A stretch of DNA of 64,000 nucleotides from an uncultured delta proteobacterium (GTDB taxonomy: Bacteria; Desulfobacterota; Binatia; Binatales; Binataceae), in contig CAWJET010000002.1 of NCBI GenBank assembly GCA_963842085.1, positions 352,001 through 416,000 of the forward strand, written 5' to 3'. Shown here piece after piece: positions 48,726-58,686 of this stretch. Made by a program: the position numbers and the translations under genes. Every line of letters begins with the position of its first letter. Positions within the stretch are counted from its first letter, which is position 1. Under the pieces are notes generated by a model. The model saw only the letters and a program-made list of their open reading frames with translations. It did no database searches and was not told the origin of the DNA.

Positions 48726-51700
48726 ATGCGCTGCACACAATGCTCAGCCGAAAATCCCGAGGGAGCGAAGTTCTGCAGCGAATGCGCTTCTCCGTTGGCG
48801 GCGAAGTGTCCGCGGTGCGGCGCAACGAACAAACCCGGAGCCAAGTTTTGTAACGAATGCGCGGCATCGCTTGCGGGCGCGCGCCCGAAATCGATTGCGC
48901 AGCCTGAATCGACGCCTTCGGTGCGCGTATCACTGGAAGAAGCCGCGGCGGCCGTTGCTGAGGGCGAGCGCAAGATCGTCACCGCGCTGTTCGCCGATAT
49001 CAAGGGCTCGACCGAGCTGGAGCAGGACCTCGACCCCGAGGAAGCGCGCGCGATTGTAGACCCCGCACTGAAGCTGATGATCGACGCGGTGCGTCGTTAC
49101 GACGGGTACGTGGTGCAATCGACCGGCGATGGAATATTCGCGCTGTTCGGGGCGCCGGTTGCTCATGAGGACCATCCGCAGCGCACGCTCTATGCGGCCA
49201 TCCGCATGCAGGAAGAGTTGCGCCGATACTCGACGAAGCTCGTCGCCGACGGAGGCAATCCGCTCCAATGCCGAGTCGGCGTCAACACCGGTGAGGTTGT
49301 CGTGCGATCGATCTCGACCGGTGGCGGGCATGTCGAGTACACGCCCATCGGGCATACCACCAACCTTGCGTCCCGGATGCAGGCAGTGGCGCCGGTAGGT
49401 TCGATCGCAGTCGCAGAGCCCACGCGCAAGCTCTGCGAGGGCTATTTCGCGCTCCAGCCGCTCGGACCGACCAAGGTCAAAGGCGTCAGCGAGCCGGTCA
49501 ACGTTTACGAAGTGACCGGCCTCGGTCCGCTGCGGACGCGCCTGCAGCGCTCGGCGGGCCGCGGGCTCTCGAAGTTCGTCGGCCGCGAGCGTGAGATGGA
49601 GGCGCTCAAGCGCTCGTCGGAGCAGGCGCGAGCGGGCCGCGGGCAGATTGTCGCGGCGATGGCCGAGGCGGGCACCGGCAAGTCGCGGCTGTTCTTCGAG
49701 TTCAAGGCCAAGAACCAGTCCGGCTGGATGGTGCTGGAGACGTTCTCGGTCTCGCACGGCAAGGCGGCGGCGTATTTTCCAGTGATCGACCTGCTGCACA
49801 ACTATTTCCGCATCACCTCGGATGACGACGCGCGCGCAAGGCGCGAGAAGGTCGCCGGCAAGATCGCAATCCTGGATCGATCGCTGGAGGACGCTCTGCC
49901 GTACCTGTTCGGCTTGCTGGGCATCGTCGAGGGCGACGATCCGATTGCGCAGATGGACGGGCAGGTGAAGAAGCGGCGCACGCTCGAAGCGATCAAGCGG
50001 ATATTGTCGCGCGAATCGATGAACCAGCCGCTGATGGTTATCTTCGAGGACTTGCACTGGATCGATGACGAAACGCAGGCGTTCCTGAATTTGCTGGCCG
50101 ACTCGATCGGCACCGGGAAAATTTTGCTGCTGGTGAACTACCGGCCCGAGTACTCGCATCAGTGGAACAGCCGGACTTACTACACACAGTTGCGGCTCGA
50201 CCCGCTCGGCAAAGAGTCGGCCGACGAGATGCTCTCCGCGCTGCTCGGCGATGGTGCGGAGCTGGCAGCGCTCAAGAAACTCATCATTGAAAAAACGGAA
50301 GGCAATCCCTTCTTCATGGAAGAGACGGTGCAGGTCCTGCTCGACGAAGGCGCGCTGGTGCGCGACGGCAGCGCTGCGCGGCTCACGCGGCCGCTGGGCG
50401 AGCTCAAGATCCCGCCGACTGTGCAGGGCATCCTCGCCGCGCGCATCGACCGGTTACCGCCTGAGTCAAAGGACCTGCTGCAAGCGCTGGCCGTAATCGG
50501 GCGTGAATTTCCGCTGTCGCTGATTCGTGCGGTGGTGCCGAAATCCGATGATGAACTCAACCGCCTGCTTAGTGACCTGCAGTTGGGCGAGTTCATCTAC
50601 GAGCAGCCGGCGGTGGGCGACGTCGAGTACACTTTCAAGCACGGCCTGACCCAGGAGGTCGCGTTTGGATCGGTGCTGACAGACCGGCGCAAGGAGCTTC
50701 ATCGACGCACCGCGGTTGCAATCGAGTCTCTATACGCGGATCGCCTGGAAGACCGTTACGCCGAGCTGGCGCATCACTATGGCCGTGCGGGCGACGCCGC
50801 CAAAGCGGCGCACTACCTCCGTCTTGCGGGCGTACAGGCGCGCGCGCGGTCGGCCTTCAGCGAGGCGCTCGCACATCTGACTGCCGGACTGGAATTTCTC
50901 AATACTATTCCCCAGAGTCCGGCCCGCGACGTACACGAGTTGCAGTTGCAGTTGGACCTGGCCGATGCCTCTACGACCGTGTATGGTCCCGCTTCCGATG
51001 TACCCGAAGCGGCCTTTTCGCGAGCCTACGAGCTTTGCCGTCGCGGCGGCGAAAGTGTTGACCTCCTGCGAGCATTGGACGGGATTAGAAATGTGCATAA
51101 CACCAGAGGAGCAGTGCACAAAGCGTACAAAGTGGCTCAAGAGATCCTGGAGATAGCTCGCAGAATCAACGATCCAACTCGGGTTGCGCTCGCCCAAACA
51201 GCCTTGGGCATGTCTCTGAGTACTCTGGCCGAACTGGCTCAAGCACGTGAGATGATGGAAGAGTCGCTGGCGCCGCTGGGATCTCTGCCGGATCTTCCGA
51301 ACCTGCAAACTGCCCGGGTAATTCTGCCTCTCTTGCTCGGTCGCACACTATGGCTGCTTGGCTTCCCGGACCAGGGGCTCAAGCGGATGCGCGAGGCTGA
51401 AATCGCCGGGAATCGGAGCGCCAACCCCATTGCGAAGGCTTTTGCCTTGCAACCGAGCGAAGTGCACACCTGGTGTGGCAATTTTGAAGTGGTTCGAGAA
51501 AACTCGCAAAAGCTGTTGCAGGCACCCTGGCTGGTAGAACTAAACCCTCTCTTCGCCGCTCGAGCAGACGTCTCTCTAGGCTGGTTGCTGGCCAGAACAG
51601 GAAAGCTCGACGGGATAGCGATGATACGCGACGCGATGGCAAGGATAACTGCGACCCGCTTCGGGCTATCCCGGTCGCTGTTCGGCTCGATGCTGGCGGA

Positions 51701-52076
51701 AGCATGCGCATCCGTCGGCCAAATCGATGAAGCCGTGAGCGTGCTGGATGAGACACTTCCGTTCGCGCAGACCGAGGAGCGCTACTACGAAGCCGAGTTG
51801 AATCGCCAGCGCGGAGAATTGCTCTTGATGCGCGGGAGCACGGAAAGTGGAGCGGCCGAAGATTGCTTTCGCGAGGCGATCAAAATCGCCCGGCGCCAAA
51901 GCGCCAAGTCGTGGGAACTGCGCGCGACGACCAGCCTTGCGCGGTTGCTCGCGAAGCAGGGCAAGCGCGACGAGGCGCGTGCGATACTCGCGGAAATCTA
52001 CAACTGGTTCACCGAGGGCTTCAGCACCGCCGACCTGAAGGACGCGAAGGCCTTGCTCGATGAGTTGAGTGGATAG
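48726..52076 (+). CDS. Double Zn-ribbon / class III nucleotide cyclase / STAND ATPase / TPR protein
   Basis: Four CxxC pairs, LFADIKGST, TGDG, TNLASR, FVGRERE, AGTGKSR, FEDLHW, GNPFF, SWELRA..WFTEGF. Confidence 0.93.
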   Translation: MRCTQCSAENPEGAKFCSECASPLAAKCPRCGATNKPGAKFCNECAASLAGARPKSIAQPESTPSVRVSLEEAAAAVAEGERKIVTALFADIKGSTELEQDLDPEEARAIVDPALKLMIDAVRRYDGYVVQSTGDGIFALFGAPVAHEDHPQRTLYAAIRMQEELRRYSTKLVADGGNPLQCRVGVNTGEVVVRSISTGGGHVEYTPIGHTTNLASRMQAVAPVGSIAVAEPTRKLCEGYFALQPLGPTKVKGVSEPVNVYEVTGLGPLRTRLQRSAGRGLSKFVGREREMEALKRSSEQARAGRGQIVAAMAEAGTGKSRLFFEFKAKNQSGWMVLETFSVSHGKAAAYFPVIDLLHNYFRITSDDDARARREKVAGKIAILDRSLEDALPYLFGLLGIVEGDDPIAQMDGQVKKRRTLEAIKRILSRESMNQPLMVIFEDLHWIDDETQAFLNLLADSIGTGKILLLVNYRPEYSHQWNSRTYYTQLRLDPLGKESADEMLSALLGDGAELAALKKLIIEKTEGNPFFMEETVQVLLDEGALVRDGSAARLTRPLGELKIPPTVQGILAARIDRLPPESKDLLQALAVIGREFPLSLIRAVVPKSDDELNRLLSDLQLGEFIYEQPAVGDVEYTFKHGLTQEVAFGSVLTDRRKELHRRTAVAIESLYADRLEDRYAELAHHYGRAGDAAKAAHYLRLAGVQARARSAFSEALAHLTAGLEFLNTIPQSPARDVHELQLQLDLADASTTVYGPASDVPEAAFSRAYELCRRGGESVDLLRALDGIRNVHNTRGAVHKAYKVAQEILEIARRINDPTRVALAQTALGMSLSTLAELAQAREMMEESLAPLGSLPDLPNLQTARVILPLLLGRTLWLLGFPDQGLKRMREAEIAGNRSANPIAKAFALQPSEVHTWCGNFEVVRENSQKLLQAPWLVELNPLFAARADVSLGWLLARTGKLDGIAMIRDAMARITATRFGLSRSLFGSMLAEACASVGQIDEAVSVLDETLPFAQTEERYYEAELNRQRGELLLMRGSTESGAAEDCFREAIKIARRQSAKSWELRATTSLARLLAKQGKRDEARAILAEIYNWFTEGFSTADLKDAKALLDELSG

Positions 52077-52082
52077 TCGCTT

Positions 52083-52871
52083 ATGGCGCGAGTTGAAACT
52101 CTAAAGCCGGGCGAGATTGGCGATGCGGCGGACAAGGCCGAAACGCTCGCGCTCCGCGGCGAAGGCCTGACCAAGGTTTACGGCGGCCGCGCCGTGGTCG
52201 ACAACGTAAACGTAGTCGTCCGGCCGGGCGAGGTGGTGGGATTCCTAGGCCCCAACGGCGCCGGCAAAACCACCACCTTCTACATGCTGGTGGGACTGCT
52301 CAAGCCCGACCAGGGGCGAATCATGTTCAGCGGCGAGGATATTACGACGCTGCCGCTCTACCAGCGCGCGCGCCGCGGGATTTCGTACCTGCCGCAGGAG
52401 CCGAGCGTCTTCCGCAAGCTGACGGTCGAGCAAAATCTGCTGGCGGTGCTCGAAACGCTGCCGCTCAACGAAGAGGAGCGTTACGCGCGCCTGCAATCGC
52501 TGCTCGACGAGCTCGGGATCTCGAAACTGGCGAAGTCCAAGGCGGGCGTGCTGTCCGGCGGCGAACGGCGGCGCGTGGAGATCACGCGCGCGCTGGTGCT
52601 CGATCCGGTGTACCTTTGCCTCGACGAGCCGTTCGCGGGAATCGATCCGATCACCGTGGTCGAGATTCAGCGCGTCGTGTCGTATCTTAAGGAGCGCGGC
52701 ATCGGGGTGCTGATGTCGGATCACAACGTGCATGCGACGCTGTCGATCATCGATCGCGCGTATATCATTCACGCGGGCAAAATTCTGTTCGAGGGCAAGC
52801 CGCGCGAAATCGTCGCGAGCGAGGCAGTGCGCCAGGTGTTCCTGGGCGAGCGGTTCAAGCTGGCGAGATAG
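52083..52871 (+). CDS. lptB: LPS export ABC ATPase
   Basis: GPNGAGKTTTFY, YLPQEPSVFRKL, LSGGERRRVEI, DEPFAGIDP, DHNV, FLGE.F. Confidence 0.93.
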   Translation: MARVETLKPGEIGDAADKAETLALRGEGLTKVYGGRAVVDNVNVVVRPGEVVGFLGPNGAGKTTTFYMLVGLLKPDQGRIMFSGEDITTLPLYQRARRGISYLPQEPSVFRKLTVEQNLLAVLETLPLNEEERYARLQSLLDELGISKLAKSKAGVLSGGERRRVEITRALVLDPVYLCLDEPFAGIDPITVVEIQRVVSYLKERGIGVLMSDHNVHATLSIIDRAYIIHAGKILFEGKPREIVASEAVRQVFLGERFKLAR

Positions 52872-52906
52872 CGGGACCGATCAAGCGCAGGCGCGCACGA
52901 ATCGAA

Positions 52907-53719
52907 TCAGTAGGGGACTCCGGACGCGCTGAATCCGGAGTTTGGCATCGGCGGCGGATAGGTCGGATACCCGTAGCTGCCATAGCCCGGCGCGTAGCCG
53001 GAACCGAATCCACCGTAACCTCCGCCATAGCCCCCGTAGCCACCGCTGCCCAACGACATGCCGCCCCCCAGCAGCATCGGGAGCAGCGTGGTCAACATGC
53101 TCGGCGGGGCGCTGTTGTACTGCTGATACTGCTGGTACTGCGGCGCTCCCTGCGCCTGGTAAGCCTGTACGCCGGGTGGCTCGTTGTTCTGATAATTCTG
53201 GATCGAACCGGTCGCGGCGTAAGGATCGTAGCCGCTGGATGCATTGGCCGAGGGAACTCCATTGACCGTCGATCCGGAAGCGTCTCTGCCGTTGGCAAGT
53301 TCGGGACTGATCTTGATCCGGTTGTCGACGACCAGCGTTGGATCCTTCAGATAGTGGCGAGCCTTCTCCTCAGCGTCGGTCTTGCCAAAGTCGCTGGCGA
53401 CGAAGCCGAACAGGATTACCTGCTTGCCGCCGCTGGGACTGGTGACGACTTGCGCGCCAACCAGCGGCAGCGAGTGATGCTTCAAATAATCGGTGAGGCC
53501 CTGGCTCTGCGGAGAGTCGATCGTGCCGCCCGCCACCGTGCCGGCCGCCGAGGGCGGCGGCAGACTCGAAGTCGAATCGAAGCTGTTCGAAGTGCCGAGC
53601 TGCGCACCTTTCGTTGCACCGGTCGTCCCGTAGGGATTCTGCACCGGCTCGCATGAGGTCAAACCGGCGAGAGCGACCGCCAACCCGAAGGCCGCCACGG
53701 CATTTCCGATACGACGCAT
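52907..53719 (-). CDS. BON-like domain lipoprotein with Gly/Tyr-rich tail
   Basis: Lipobox LTSC; V.L.GFV..K..AE..VDNRI; TATAAT 6 nt before ATG 53719. Confidence 0.72.
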   Translation of the reverse strand: MRRIGNAVAAFGLAVALAGLTSCEPVQNPYGTTGATKGAQLGTSNSFDSTSSLPPPSAAGTVAGGTIDSPQSQGLTDYLKHHSLPLVGAQVVTSPSGGKQVILFGFVASDFGKTDAEEKARHYLKDPTLVVDNRIKISPELANGRDASGSTVNGVPSANASSGYDPYAATGSIQNYQNNEPPGVQAYQAQGAPQYQQYQQYNSAPPSMLTTLLPMLLGGGMSLGSGGYGGYGGGYGGFGSGYAPGYGSYGYPTYPPPMPNSGFSASGVPY

Positions 53720-53861
53720 AAGAGGATTATAGACCTGTGTCATCCACCTAACAATTCGACGAACTCAGGGCAATTTCGTTTCATTTCGCGAGGACGAGTT
53801 CGCGTTGCGAGAATGCGTTACTCATTGTGCGAGAGGGGCTGCGTCGAATCTACGCTTTTCG

Positions 53862-53878
53862 CTGGCACATTCGATGCA
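53862..53878 (+). promoter_or_regulatory. sigma54 -24/-12 promoter
   Basis: CTGGCACATTCGATGCA, GG-N10-GC spacing. Confidence 0.65.
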
Positions 53879-53919
53879 ACCTTGGGTAGCTGTCGGGATG
53901 GGTAACCAAAGGAACCGCA

Positions 53920-54435
53920 ATGTTGACTAACAAACCGGGCCTCGCTCGGCCCGAACGGAGTCCAATTACAGCGCGCGTCGCAGCGGCGCTTTCGCGGCTG
54001 AGTCTTGAAGATTCAAAGCTCGGCGAACGCCTGCTCAGCGCGGCGGTCGCCGGTGCGGTGGTCGCGCGCCAGCCGGCCGATACGATCCTGCGGGCGGAAG
54101 CGGCGGAAGCGTGGAACTCGATTAAAACGGTGATCGCGCATCACCTTGCCAGTGAGGAAGATATCGTTCTGCCCTGGATGAAGTCGCGGGAAGACTTCCC
54201 GCCCGATCTGATCTTGCGCACTTGCGAACAGCATCGGCGGTTGCGGGAGCTTGCACGAGTGGTCGAAGCCACCTCATTCGTCACGGGCTCCGATGAAGAA
54301 GTGACGAAAGCGGGAACCGCGCTGACCGCTTTCGCAGTATGTCTGGACGATCTGATCGACGGCGAGGAACGCGACTTGTTTCCGATGATTCAACGCAGCT
54401 TGTACGCGGAAGCCACCAGTCCCGCGGCCGCTTGA
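53920..54435 (+). CDS. Hemerythrin/HHE-like domain protein (some metal ligands missing)
   Basis: HHLASEEDIVLP, EQH..L, EERDLFP. Confidence 0.72.
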   Translation: MLTNKPGLARPERSPITARVAAALSRLSLEDSKLGERLLSAAVAGAVVARQPADTILRAEAAEAWNSIKTVIAHHLASEEDIVLPWMKSREDFPPDLILRTCEQHRRLRELARVVEATSFVTGSDEEVTKAGTALTAFAVCLDDLIDGEERDLFPMIQRSLYAEATSPAAA

Positions 54436-54453
54436 AGCAAGGCGGATCGCCGG

Positions 54454-55257
54454 CTACTTCGGATAGCCGATCTCGGCGAGGAAATCGCGCACCAGTTGAT
54501 TGAAGACGGTGGCGTTCTCGAAATAGATCGAATGGCCGCTGCCGGGCACCGTGCGCAGGCGCGAATTTGGCAGCGCCGACGCCAGCGCCTTTACGATGTC
54601 GGGCCTGATTAGGGTGTCCTCTTCGCCAACCATGCACAGTATCGGCATCGTCAGGCGCTGCTTCACGGCAGCCAGGTCGTAGCGCAGGCCGATTATCCGC
54701 GCGCCGGCGTCGGCGGGCGGGCGCGCGCCGTGAACCCGGATTTCGTCGTAGAGAAACGCCATCTCGGGGCGCCGCGCAAAGTAATCGGCGGCATAGGTCG
54801 GCAACGATCCGATCGGCGGGGTCGCATCGACGGGCAGCGGCGCCCGCGGCGGTGCGAATTTCATCTCGGGCGTGAAGATTCCGCCCGGCGTGTCCGCCAT
54901 CACCATCGCGGCAACTCGTTGGGGATGCTCGAGCGCGTAGCCGACGATCGTCCATCCACCCATCGATTGCCCGACCAGCACGGCCTTGTCGATCTTCAGA
55001 TGGTCGAGCAGGGCGCCGAGGTCGCTCGCGTGTGCGCGATTGAACAAGCCGTCGGGATCGGGCGAGAGGCCGAAGCCACGCTGATCAACCGTGACGCACT
55101 CGAACGAGCGCATGAAGTACGGGACCTGCTGCCACCACGAGAGATGGTTGCCGCCAAGGCCGTGCAGGAAGACGAGCGGCGCGCCCGCGCCGACGCGCTC
55201 GTAGTAGAGCGAGAACTTGCCGATTTCCAATCTGCCAGGCGTGATTCGATATTCCAT
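54454..55257 (-). CDS. Alpha/beta hydrolase
   Basis: FLHGLGG, DQRGFG.S, GQSMGG, GEED, GHS; GGAG RBS before ATG 55257. Confidence 0.9.
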   Translation of the reverse strand: MEYRITPGRLEIGKFSLYYERVGAGAPLVFLHGLGGNHLSWWQQVPYFMRSFECVTVDQRGFGLSPDPDGLFNRAHASDLGALLDHLKIDKAVLVGQSMGGWTIVGYALEHPQRVAAMVMADTPGGIFTPEMKFAPPRAPLPVDATPPIGSLPTYAADYFARRPEMAFLYDEIRVHGARPPADAGARIIGLRYDLAAVKQRLTMPILCMVGEEDTLIRPDIVKALASALPNSRLRTVPGSGHSIYFENATVFNQLVRDFLAEIGYPK

Positions 55258-55283
55258 TGGCGATACTCCGCGTGCGAGCAGTC

Positions 55284-55633
55284 TTACGACTCGCCCTTTG
55301 GTTTGTCGATGCGCAGGCCCGAGAGCAGTTGCGCGACGTTTTCGCCGACTTCGCGGCGAGCGGCGGGCTTGTCGTCCGCGTGCGCGATAAAAATTGCGGC
55401 CTCGGTCAATGCGCCGATCAGCAGATGAGCCAATGAATCGATCGGCCCGGGCGCGATGATGCCCTGGTTGCAGCGCGGCGGTGACCAGCCGCAGATTGTA
55501 CTTGGTGTCGATCTCGCGCCAGCGCTCCCATCCCAGGACGGCCAGCGCGTCGATCAGCACGACGCGTTGCACGGCGGGGTCGAGGCACGCGTCGAGGAAG
55601 GCGTTGCAGCCGGCGAGCGGCGGGCTTGTCGTC
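55284..55633 (-). pseudogene. TetR-family regulator remnant (C-terminal domain only, frameshifted)
   Basis: FLDACLDPAVQRVVLID..VLGWERWREID continues in another frame near 55465 as PIDSLAHLLIGALTEAA..LLSGLR; no HTH upstream. Confidence 0.65.
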
Positions 55634-55715
55634 TGCAAGACGGCGGAGAACAGCTGATGAGCGTGCTGCTGCAGGAATTTTGGCGCTCCGAGTCGGACAA
55701 CGGAGGCGCAACTGC

Positions 55716-56366
55716 CTAGCGAGAGCGCCGGATCTGTCTGATTTTAACGGGACGCGAACCTCTACGGGATCTGACGTAAGTCAATGCCACCATGACCGCC
55801 ACGAACAGAAGTTCCCACCAGAACAAAACGCTGAACCGGTCGAGTTGGCTGTACCACGTATCCGCGGCCGGAGCAGCGCTGGTGGCCGTCCCGAAAGTGG
55901 TCGACAGGTTGCCCCGCCAACGTGACATTACAACAATGCCATTCCACACGAGCCCTCCGACCAGCACCACCGCCCAGAAAAGAACGCCGAATTGTTCGGG
56001 TCGGCGGCGCCGAACGATACTGTCAAGCGAACCGGGCTCAGGAATGATCGTGGGGGTGGAGCGAACCGGGCGGCGGGGCAACTCCGGGCCGGGCTCTTCT
56101 TGGTCTTCCTCGAGCGCAGCCGGCTGAGGGACGAGCGCTACCGGATCAATTGAGGTGACGCCCGCCTCGCGAATCTGGCGCAGGATGAAAAGCATATCCT
56201 GCTTGCAGGTCAGAGTTCCCAACAGCGCGCATTTCGACAGCGCCTCGAGTTCCTTTGGGGTAATCCTGAGGCGCGCGATAAGATCGCGGTCGTTGCGAAT
56301 CTCATCCAGAATCGCGCGCTCCTGGCGCGGCGCGAGGTCCAAATGGTTTTGGGTATCGGATTTCAT
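55716..56366 (-). CDS. Membrane protein of unknown function (2 TM)
   Basis: Soluble N-terminal domain, Pro-rich linker, two hydrophobic helices. Confidence 0.7.
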   Translation of the reverse strand: MKSDTQNHLDLAPRQERAILDEIRNDRDLIARLRITPKELEALSKCALLGTLTCKQDMLFILRQIREAGVTSIDPVALVPQPAALEEDQEEPGPELPRRPVRSTPTIIPEPGSLDSIVRRRRPEQFGVLFWAVVLVGGLVWNGIVVMSRWRGNLSTTFGTATSAAPAADTWYSQLDRFSVLFWWELLFVAVMVALTYVRSRRGSRPVKIRQIRRSR

Positions 56367-56698
56367 AGGAAAGCATTCTGACGCCGAACACGACTCAAAG
56401 CAAGACTAAACATGACATGAGCCGCATAGAGCATTATAACATCTTTAAGAGACGCAATAGGACTCAATAGATAAAGCGTACAGTAAGATTTATCTACCTA
56501 CTGTATGTGTAGATAGCGAAAGTGTAGCGAACCTCTACTCTTCGTACGGTGCGGTTGAACGGATTTGTCGCGATGCGTGTCGGGGCCCGCAATGGCGCCG
56601 CCGCACGTCCCTTGGGGCTCCAACTCGCGCCGATTCCGCGCCTTTCGCGAACGTCGGAAAAGAGGGTAAATGCACCTGAGAGTGGTGAGGCAGCGCCC

Positions 56699-57154
56699 AT
56701 GCATGGCTTGAGATCGCTTCTGAGACCGGCGCCTGATTACCGCGCCGTTGTCTTTGTTCGCGTAGCAGTCGGGTCGATTTTCTTCAGCCAGGGGATCCTG
56801 AAGTACATCGATCCGCACATGGGTGTGCTGCGGTTTGCCCGCATCGGGTTCCCGATGCCCGAGTTTACCGCTCACTTCGTTGGCGCCGTCGAGATTGTAT
56901 GTGGGTTCCTGGTCCTGGTCGGTCTGCTCACCAGGCTTGCGAGCATACCGCTCTTGATCGTGATCGTAACGGCGATTGCGACGACCAAGATCCCGGAACT
57001 GTTTCACCCCAACCAGGGCTTCTGGTTCATGGTGAGCGACGCGAGGACGGACTCTGCGATGACGATGAGCTTGCTGTTACTGATCGCCGCCGGCGGCGGA
57101 TCATGGTCCCTCGACGCGCGGATCTGGAGGGAAGACGCGCGACGCCCAGGCTGA
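56699..57154 (+). CDS. DoxX family membrane protein
   Basis: R..VG.IF..QG..K, F..IG.P, EIVCG..LVGLLTR, GGGSWSLD. Confidence 0.85.
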   Translation: MHGLRSLLRPAPDYRAVVFVRVAVGSIFFSQGILKYIDPHMGVLRFARIGFPMPEFTAHFVGAVEIVCGFLVLVGLLTRLASIPLLIVIVTAIATTKIPELFHPNQGFWFMVSDARTDSAMTMSLLLLIAAGGGSWSLDARIWREDARRPG

Positions 57155-57187
57155 ACGCCCCGCGATCATTTCGGTCTTGATTTCTCG

Positions 57188-57433
57188 CTAGTGAGTGCGC
57201 GAGCGCAGGTAGGCAACGCAGCCGCTTAAGCTGGTCATTTTGGGATAGTCCGCCTCCGGAATATCGACTCCGGTCGCTTCGTGAATAGCGATCGCGAGGT
57301 TCAGGATGTCCATCGAGTCGAGGTCGACTTGTTCGCGCAGATCGACCGCCGGGTCGATTTCGCTCAGCTCGACCTCGGGTGCGATCTTGTGCAGCTCGCG
57401 CAGGTAGAGCGCTTTTATCTCGTCGTCGGTCAC
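57188..57433 (-). CDS. Acyl carrier protein
   Basis: DLDSMD phosphopantetheine Ser motif, GVDIPE. Confidence 0.88.
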   Translation of the reverse strand: MTDDEIKALYLRELHKIAPEVELSEIDPAVDLREQVDLDSMDILNLAIAIHEATGVDIPEADYPKMTSLSGCVAYLRSRTH

Positions 57434-58686
57434 AGCTTCTCCGGCTCCTGCAATAGACGCTCGATGGCGGCCAGGAACAATGCGCCGCGATGACCGTCGC
57501 TCGCGCGATGGTCACCCGACAAGCTCGCCATCACGACGGGCCGCGCGCCGACCATTCCGCCGCTTGCCCACGGGCGCTCAACAATCTTGCCGAAACCGAC
57601 CAGCGCAACCTGCGGCGGATAGATGGCTCCGAAGACGGTTTCGACGCCCTCGTCGCCGAGACTGGTAACGGTGATTGTTGCATCGGCGATCTCGGAACTG
57701 CGAAGCATGCCGGCGCGCACGCGCTTTACCAGATCGCGCAGACTCACCATGATCTCGCTGAGGCTCTTCTGGTCAACATCGTGAATCGCCGGCGCGATAA
57801 GGCCGCCTTGCCGGATCGATATCGCGACGCCGACGTGAACCGCCGCGCTCGGCTTGAACGCACCATCGATCCAGAAGCCGTTCATCTCCGGTATCTCATG
57901 AACGGCGACTGCGACGGCCTTCAGCAGAAGCACGGAGTAGAGCAGCCTCTCCGTCACCGGCCGCCTAAGGTTTTCCGCCTGCAGCCACCCCATCGCCTTG
58001 CTCATGTCGATGTGCGTGCCGAGATAGTAATGGGGTATCTCGCGCTTCGAACGCGCCATCGCCGCCGCGATCACTTTGCGCATCGCCGCACGATGATCGA
58101 TCGCTGCAACGGCGGGTTTGGGCGGCGCCGCTGTCACCGGCTCCTCAATTGGCGCGGCGACCGGAGCTGCAGGAGTTGGCGGCGGCGGGGCCTTCGCGGC
58201 GCGCTCGACGTCGGCCTTGGTGACAGCGCCTTCGGGACCGGTGCCCTTGACGGTTGCGAGATCCACCTTGAGTTCCATCGCGACGCGCATCGCGAGCGGA
58301 GAGATACGCGCGCGATGGGGCGCGGCAGGCCTCGGCGCCGGCTTGGCCACGACGCGCGCAGCCGCAGGCGGGGTCGGAGCCGGCGCGATAACTGCCGGCG
58401 CGCGCTCGGCGGGTTTCGGCTTCGCCTCGGGAGCGGCCGCGACAGCCTCACCATTTGTGACAAGCACGGCCAGCAGCGTACCGACGGGGACCTTTTCTCC
58501 TTCGGGGACGACGATCTTCTGGATGACACCGGTCTGGAAAATTTCCACCTCGATAGTGGCCTTTTCGGTATCCACCACCGCAACGATATCGCCGCGCTTA
58601 ACCTTGTCGCCCGGCTTCACCAGCCATTGCAGCACGGTGCCGACTTCCATGTCGGCGCCAAGCGAGGGCATCAGGAAATCAGCCAT
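57430..58686 (-). CDS. pdhC: Dihydrolipoamide acyltransferase (E2)
   Basis: Lipoyl DTEKA, E3-binding ISPLA..GTGP.G, DHR..DG. Confidence 0.92.
   Translation of the reverse strand: MADFLMPSLGADMEVGTVLQWLVKPGDKVKRGDIVAVVDTEKATIEVEIFQTGVIQKIVVPEGEKVPVGTLLAVLVTNGEAVAAAPEAKPKPAERAPAVIAPAPTPPAAARVVAKPAPRPAAPHRARISPLAMRVAMELKVDLATVKGTGPEGAVTKADVERAAKAPPPPTPAAPVAAPIEEPVTAAPPKPAVAAIDHRAAMRKVIAAAMARSKREIPHYYLGTHIDMSKAMGWLQAENLRRPVTERLLYSVLLLKAVAVAVHEIPEMNGFWIDGAFKPSAAVHVGVAISIRQGGLIAPAIHDVDQKSLSEIMVSLRDLVKRVRAGMLRSSEIADATITVTSLGDEGVETVFGAIYPPQVALVGFGKIVERPWASGGMVGARPVVMASLSGDHRASDGHRGALFLAAIERLLQEPEKL

Noticed and set aside
56468-56496. TAGATAAA-N13-TTTATCTA inverted repeat in a divergent intergenic region
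   Set aside because: Could be an operator, but it is short, lies in AT-rich DNA, and cannot be assigned to a regulator
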